A stretch of 64,000 nucleotides of DNA, taken from an uncultured Acidobacteriota bacterium (GTDB lineage Bacteria; Acidobacteriota; Polarisedimenticolia; J045). Positions 60,960 through 64,000 of the stretch are shown here, piece after piece (positions within the stretch are counted from its first letter, which is position 1; the number at the start of each line of letters is the position of its first letter). The stretch is taken from assembly GCA_963702425.1 (NCBI GenBank), contig CAVPCQ010000006.1, positions 192,001-256,000 of the forward strand, written 5' to 3'. The notes beneath the pieces were generated by a model. The model was not told the origin of the DNA. It ran no database searches and saw only the letters and a list, made by a program, of their open reading frames with translations. The position numbers and the translations under genes are program-made.

Positions 60960-61736
60960 TCAGTGCGACGCGTCGCCGAGCAGTTCGTCGATCATCTCGT
61001 CCAGCGTTCGCGGTCCCGGCCGCGCCACGAGCCACTCCGCGGCTCGCACCGCGCCGTGCGCGAAGACCGCCCGGTCGCGCGCCCGATGCACGATCTCGAC
61101 CGTCTCGCCCGGGCCGTCCCAGCCGAGGCGGTGCGTCCCCGGGATCTCGCCCGCCCGCACCCAGGCCACGGGCACGACCTCCGGCGGCACGGGAGCAGCG
61201 GTCGGCGCGAGATCCCAACGCGTCTTTCCGGGCGTGCGCTCGACGAGCGACTGGGCCAGCCGGAGTGCGGTGCCTGACGGCGCATCCCGCTTCAACTGGT
61301 GGTGCTCCTCGACCAGGTACGGGGCGAACCCGCCGATCGCGCCGAAGAGCGCTGCCGCGCGGTCGACGACCCGGAAGAGGGCCTGCACGCCGAGCGCGAA
61401 GTTGGGAGCCCACAGGAAGCCGACGCTGCGCTCCCGCGCCAGCGCCCGCGCCCGATCGAGCCCATCGTTCCAGCCGGTCGTGCCGGAGACGACCGGCAGT
61501 CCCGCCTCCAGCAGTCGCTGAACGTTGCGGGGCGCAGCCTCGGCCCGCGTGAACTCCAGCGCTGCGTCGATTCCGGACAGGTCGGCGTGATCGACGCCGC
61601 GCGCGTCAGCGCCCGGGACGTCGGGGTCGAGCCGCAGCGCGATCCGGTGACCGCGCGCCTCGGCCGCCGCGGCGACGGCGCGCCCCATCCGGCCCCAGCC
61701 GACGATCGCGAGGTGGAGCGGACGGTCGGCGCTCAT
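60960..61736 (-). CDS. dapB: 4-hydroxy-tetrahydrodipicolinate reductase
   Basis: GWGRMG, EFT, VSGTTGW, APNFALGV, EEHHQLKRDAPSGTA, PGTH, HRA.DR.VFA.GA. Confidence 0.95.
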   Translation of the reverse strand: MSADRPLHLAIVGWGRMGRAVAAAAEARGHRIALRLDPDVPGADARGVDHADLSGIDAALEFTRAEAAPRNVQRLLEAGLPVVSGTTGWNDGLDRARALARERSVGFLWAPNFALGVQALFRVVDRAAALFGAIGGFAPYLVEEHHQLKRDAPSGTALRLAQSLVERTPGKTRWDLAPTAAPVPPEVVPVAWVRAGEIPGTHRLGWDGPGETVEIVHRARDRAVFAHGAVRAAEWLVARPGPRTLDEMIDELLGDASH

Positions 61737-63097
61737 GGGACATCCTCCCGCGGCGGGCCCTCGAACAGCGCGCCGTGCAGCGCGCGGACCAGTTCCTTCG
61801 CGTGCTCTTCGTCCGTCAGCAGCCCGAGCGACGCCCCGTGCGGCCCCTGGATCAACCGGCGGAGCGGAATCCCGGCTGCGGCGGAGATGACTCGCCGCCA
61901 CTGCGTCGGCGCATCGGCCAGCCCCTCCCCGACGACGGCCACGAGCGCCAGGCCCGGGGTGCAGCGGACCTCGCCGTGGCGCTCGAGCGCGTCGATCGCC
62001 GGCGAGAGGGCGGGGTCGGCAGCGAGCAGCAGCTCGAGCCAGACCGGGCCCGGAAGCACGGCCAGCGGCTGCAGCCCGGGACGGTCCACGAGCCGCAGCA
62101 CCTCGGAGAAGAAGCCCACCTCGCGCAGCCGGCCCGGCGCGCGGAGCGCCACCAGCTGCAGCGGCGCCCGCGTGGCGACCGCGCGCACCGCCGGAGCGGT
62201 CGATCCGGTCGCCCCGATCCGCGTGCCGGACCGCTCCGGCGCGAGGCTGTTCCGCACCACGACGGGGAGGCCACCGTGGATCGCGGGGTCGATCGACGCA
62301 GGATGCAGCACCTTGGCCCCGAAGCCCGCCAGTTCCGCGGCCTCGCGGAACGTCACCTGGTCCAGCACCCGAGCCGCGGGCACGACGCGCGGGTCGGCCG
62401 TCATCAGGCCATCGACGTCGGTCCAGATCTCGACCGCCGCCGCGTCGAGGGCGAGGCCCAGGACCGAGGCCGAGAGGTCCGACCCGCCCCGCCCGAGGGT
62501 CGTCGGAATCCCCTCGGGCGTCGCTCCCAGGTAGCCGCCGAGCACCGGCACCTTTCCCGCGGCGACGAGCGGCACCACCCGCTCACAAGCCCGCTCGCGC
62601 GTCGCCGCCAGCTGCGGCCGAGCCGAGCCGAACTGATCGTCGGTGATGACGACCTCGCGCGAGTCGACCACCAGCCCCGGCGCCCCTGCCACGCGGAGCG
62701 CCGCCGCCAGCAGCTCCTGCGCCAGCAGCTCGCCGTAACCGAGGACCTGGTCCGACGAGCGCGGTGTCGCGGTCCCCAGCAGCCGAACCCCGCGCAGCAG
62801 GACCCGCAGCTCGCGCAGGTGGGCGTCGATTCGCTCGACCAGCCCGCCGTCGCCTGGGGCGAGCGTCTGCGCGTCGTCGCGGTGGCGGCGCGCGAGGCGG
62901 TCGGCCTCGTCCTCCATCGCCGCACGGTCGCCGGCCAGGGCAGTCTCGGTCACCCACTGGAGCTGGTTGGTGACCCCCGCCATGGCCGAGGTCACCACGA
63001 CCGGCTGCTCGCCCTGGCGCCCGCGGACGATGGCGGCCACGCCCCGCATCCGTTCGGGACCGTCGACCGAGGTCCCGCCGAACTTCATCACGATCAC
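61733..63097 (-). CDS. lysC: Aspartate kinase
   Basis: VMKFGGTSV, VTSAMAGVTN, GELL, TTLGRGGSDLSA, IWTDVDG.MTADPR, EAAELA.FGAKVLHP. Confidence 0.95.
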   Translation of the reverse strand: MIVMKFGGTSVDGPERMRGVAAIVRGRQGEQPVVVTSAMAGVTNQLQWVTETALAGDRAAMEDEADRLARRHRDDAQTLAPGDGGLVERIDAHLRELRVLLRGVRLLGTATPRSSDQVLGYGELLAQELLAAALRVAGAPGLVVDSREVVITDDQFGSARPQLAATRERACERVVPLVAAGKVPVLGGYLGATPEGIPTTLGRGGSDLSASVLGLALDAAAVEIWTDVDGLMTADPRVVPAARVLDQVTFREAAELAGFGAKVLHPASIDPAIHGGLPVVVRNSLAPERSGTRIGATGSTAPAVRAVATRAPLQLVALRAPGRLREVGFFSEVLRLVDRPGLQPLAVLPGPVWLELLLAADPALSPAIDALERHGEVRCTPGLALVAVVGEGLADAPTQWRRVISAAAGIPLRRLIQGPHGASLGLLTDEEHAKELVRALHGALFEGPPREDVP

Positions 63098-64000
63098 GGC
63101 ACGAGGTCCTGGGACCGGACCAGCTCGCCGAGCAGCAGGGTCCCGCCGGCCGCGCCGCGGATCGTGTTGTGGGTGAGGACCTCCATCCTGAGGCCGAGTA
63201 CGGGACAGGGACGGATCCGGCCGACCACCGCGGCCATCCCCCCGCCAGTCATCCGGTCCAGCCGCGGCTGGGGCCGATCGTCGGCCCCGAGCACCACGAT
63301 CGGAGGGTCCGGTGCGCTCGGCAGACCCAGCTCCTGCGGCGCGCTGCGGAACCGCGCCATCAGCTCCGCCGCGCGCTCGGGCCCGATGCGCGGCGAGGTC
63401 TGCAGGCTCACCGCCAGCATGTGGCCGTCGGACACCGGGACCCGGTGGACCTGCGCCGCGACCGCGATGTCCAGCACCTCGACGCGATTCCCGGCCAGCT
63501 TGCCGAAGATCTTCCCCGGCTCGCTCTCGATCTTCGGCTCCTCGTCGTGGATCCACGGCACGACGTTGTCGATCAGGTCGAGCGACGGGACCCCCGGGTA
63601 GCCGGCGCCGGAGGCCGCCTGGAGCGTGGTGACGACGATCCGCTCGAGGCGTGCCGCGCGCGCCAGCGGTGCCAGGGCCAGTGCCAGCCCGATCACCGAG
63701 CAGTTGGGATTGCAGACGACGAAGCCACGGCCGCCCCAGCGGCGACGCTGGGCCTCGATCAGCCCGAGGTGGTCGGCGTTGGCCTCCGGCACCACCAGCG
63801 GCACGTCGGGATCCATCCTGCGGTTCCTGGCATTGCTGATCACCGCGCGCCCCGCGCGCGCGAAGGCCGGCTCGAGTTCCTCGGCGGCGACGGCGTCGAG
63901 CGCGGAGAAGACGAGTACCGACTCGACCGCGCCGGGATCCGCCGGCTTCACGATCAGCTCGGCAGCGGCGGCGGGCGGCGCGCTCGAGACGCGCCAGCTC
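63094..64000 (-). CDS. asd: Aspartate-semialdehyde dehydrogenase (5' end beyond the window)
   Basis: FSALD, VISNA, DVPLVVPEANADH, CNPNCS, QAASGAGYPG, RVPVSDGH, HNTIRGAAG. Confidence 0.95.
   Translation of the reverse strand, partial: SWRVSSAPPAAAAELIVKPADPGAVESVLVFSALDAVAAEELEPAFARAGRAVISNARNRRMDPDVPLVVPEANADHLGLIEAQRRRWGGRGFVVCNPNCSVIGLALALAPLARAARLERIVVTTLQAASGAGYPGVPSLDLIDNVVPWIHDEEPKIESEPGKIFGKLAGNRVEVLDIAVAAQVHRVPVSDGHMLAVSLQTSPRIGPERAAELMARFRSAPQELGLPSAPDPPIVVLGADDRPQPRLDRMTGGGMAAVVGRIRPCPVLGLRMEVLTHNTIRGAAGGTLLLGELVRSQDLVP

Overview
High-GC bacterial chromosomal window. The gene repertoire suggests Acidobacteriota or a similar lineage (inference). Many single-base frameshifts suggest an imperfectly polished long-read assembly. 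Housekeeping blocks: leuS (partial), nusB-ribH, mtnP, mce/meaB/acyl-CoA dehydrogenase, hemW, rsmA-rnj-uppP-ftsK, rnc, a polyprenyl synthase, uvrBC, a class I lysyl-tRNA synthetase, mrp and an asd-lysC-dapB-dapA-dapD-aminotransferase operon. These flank a ~31 kb accessory cell-envelope region (17.3-48.8 kb). It carries sulfatase/alkaline-phosphatase-fold and TPR proteins, a Ser/Thr kinase with PD40 propellers, an ECF sigma factor, two unusual secreted proteins and GTAG-type REP repeats. The most notable element is a co-oriented cassette: PqqD/RRE protein, radical SAM enzyme with a degenerate SPASM/Twitch domain, and a 38-aa precursor peptide missing from the ORF track (42121-42237, MKKVYEKPRVLFVEKVEARAVGCALADANTCSDGPIQS). 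A gingipain/PorU-like C25 cysteine peptidase follows it and an HPr-kinase-related gene lies nearby. This is a candidate uncharacterised RiPP system, possibly coupled to C25-type surface-protein sorting.
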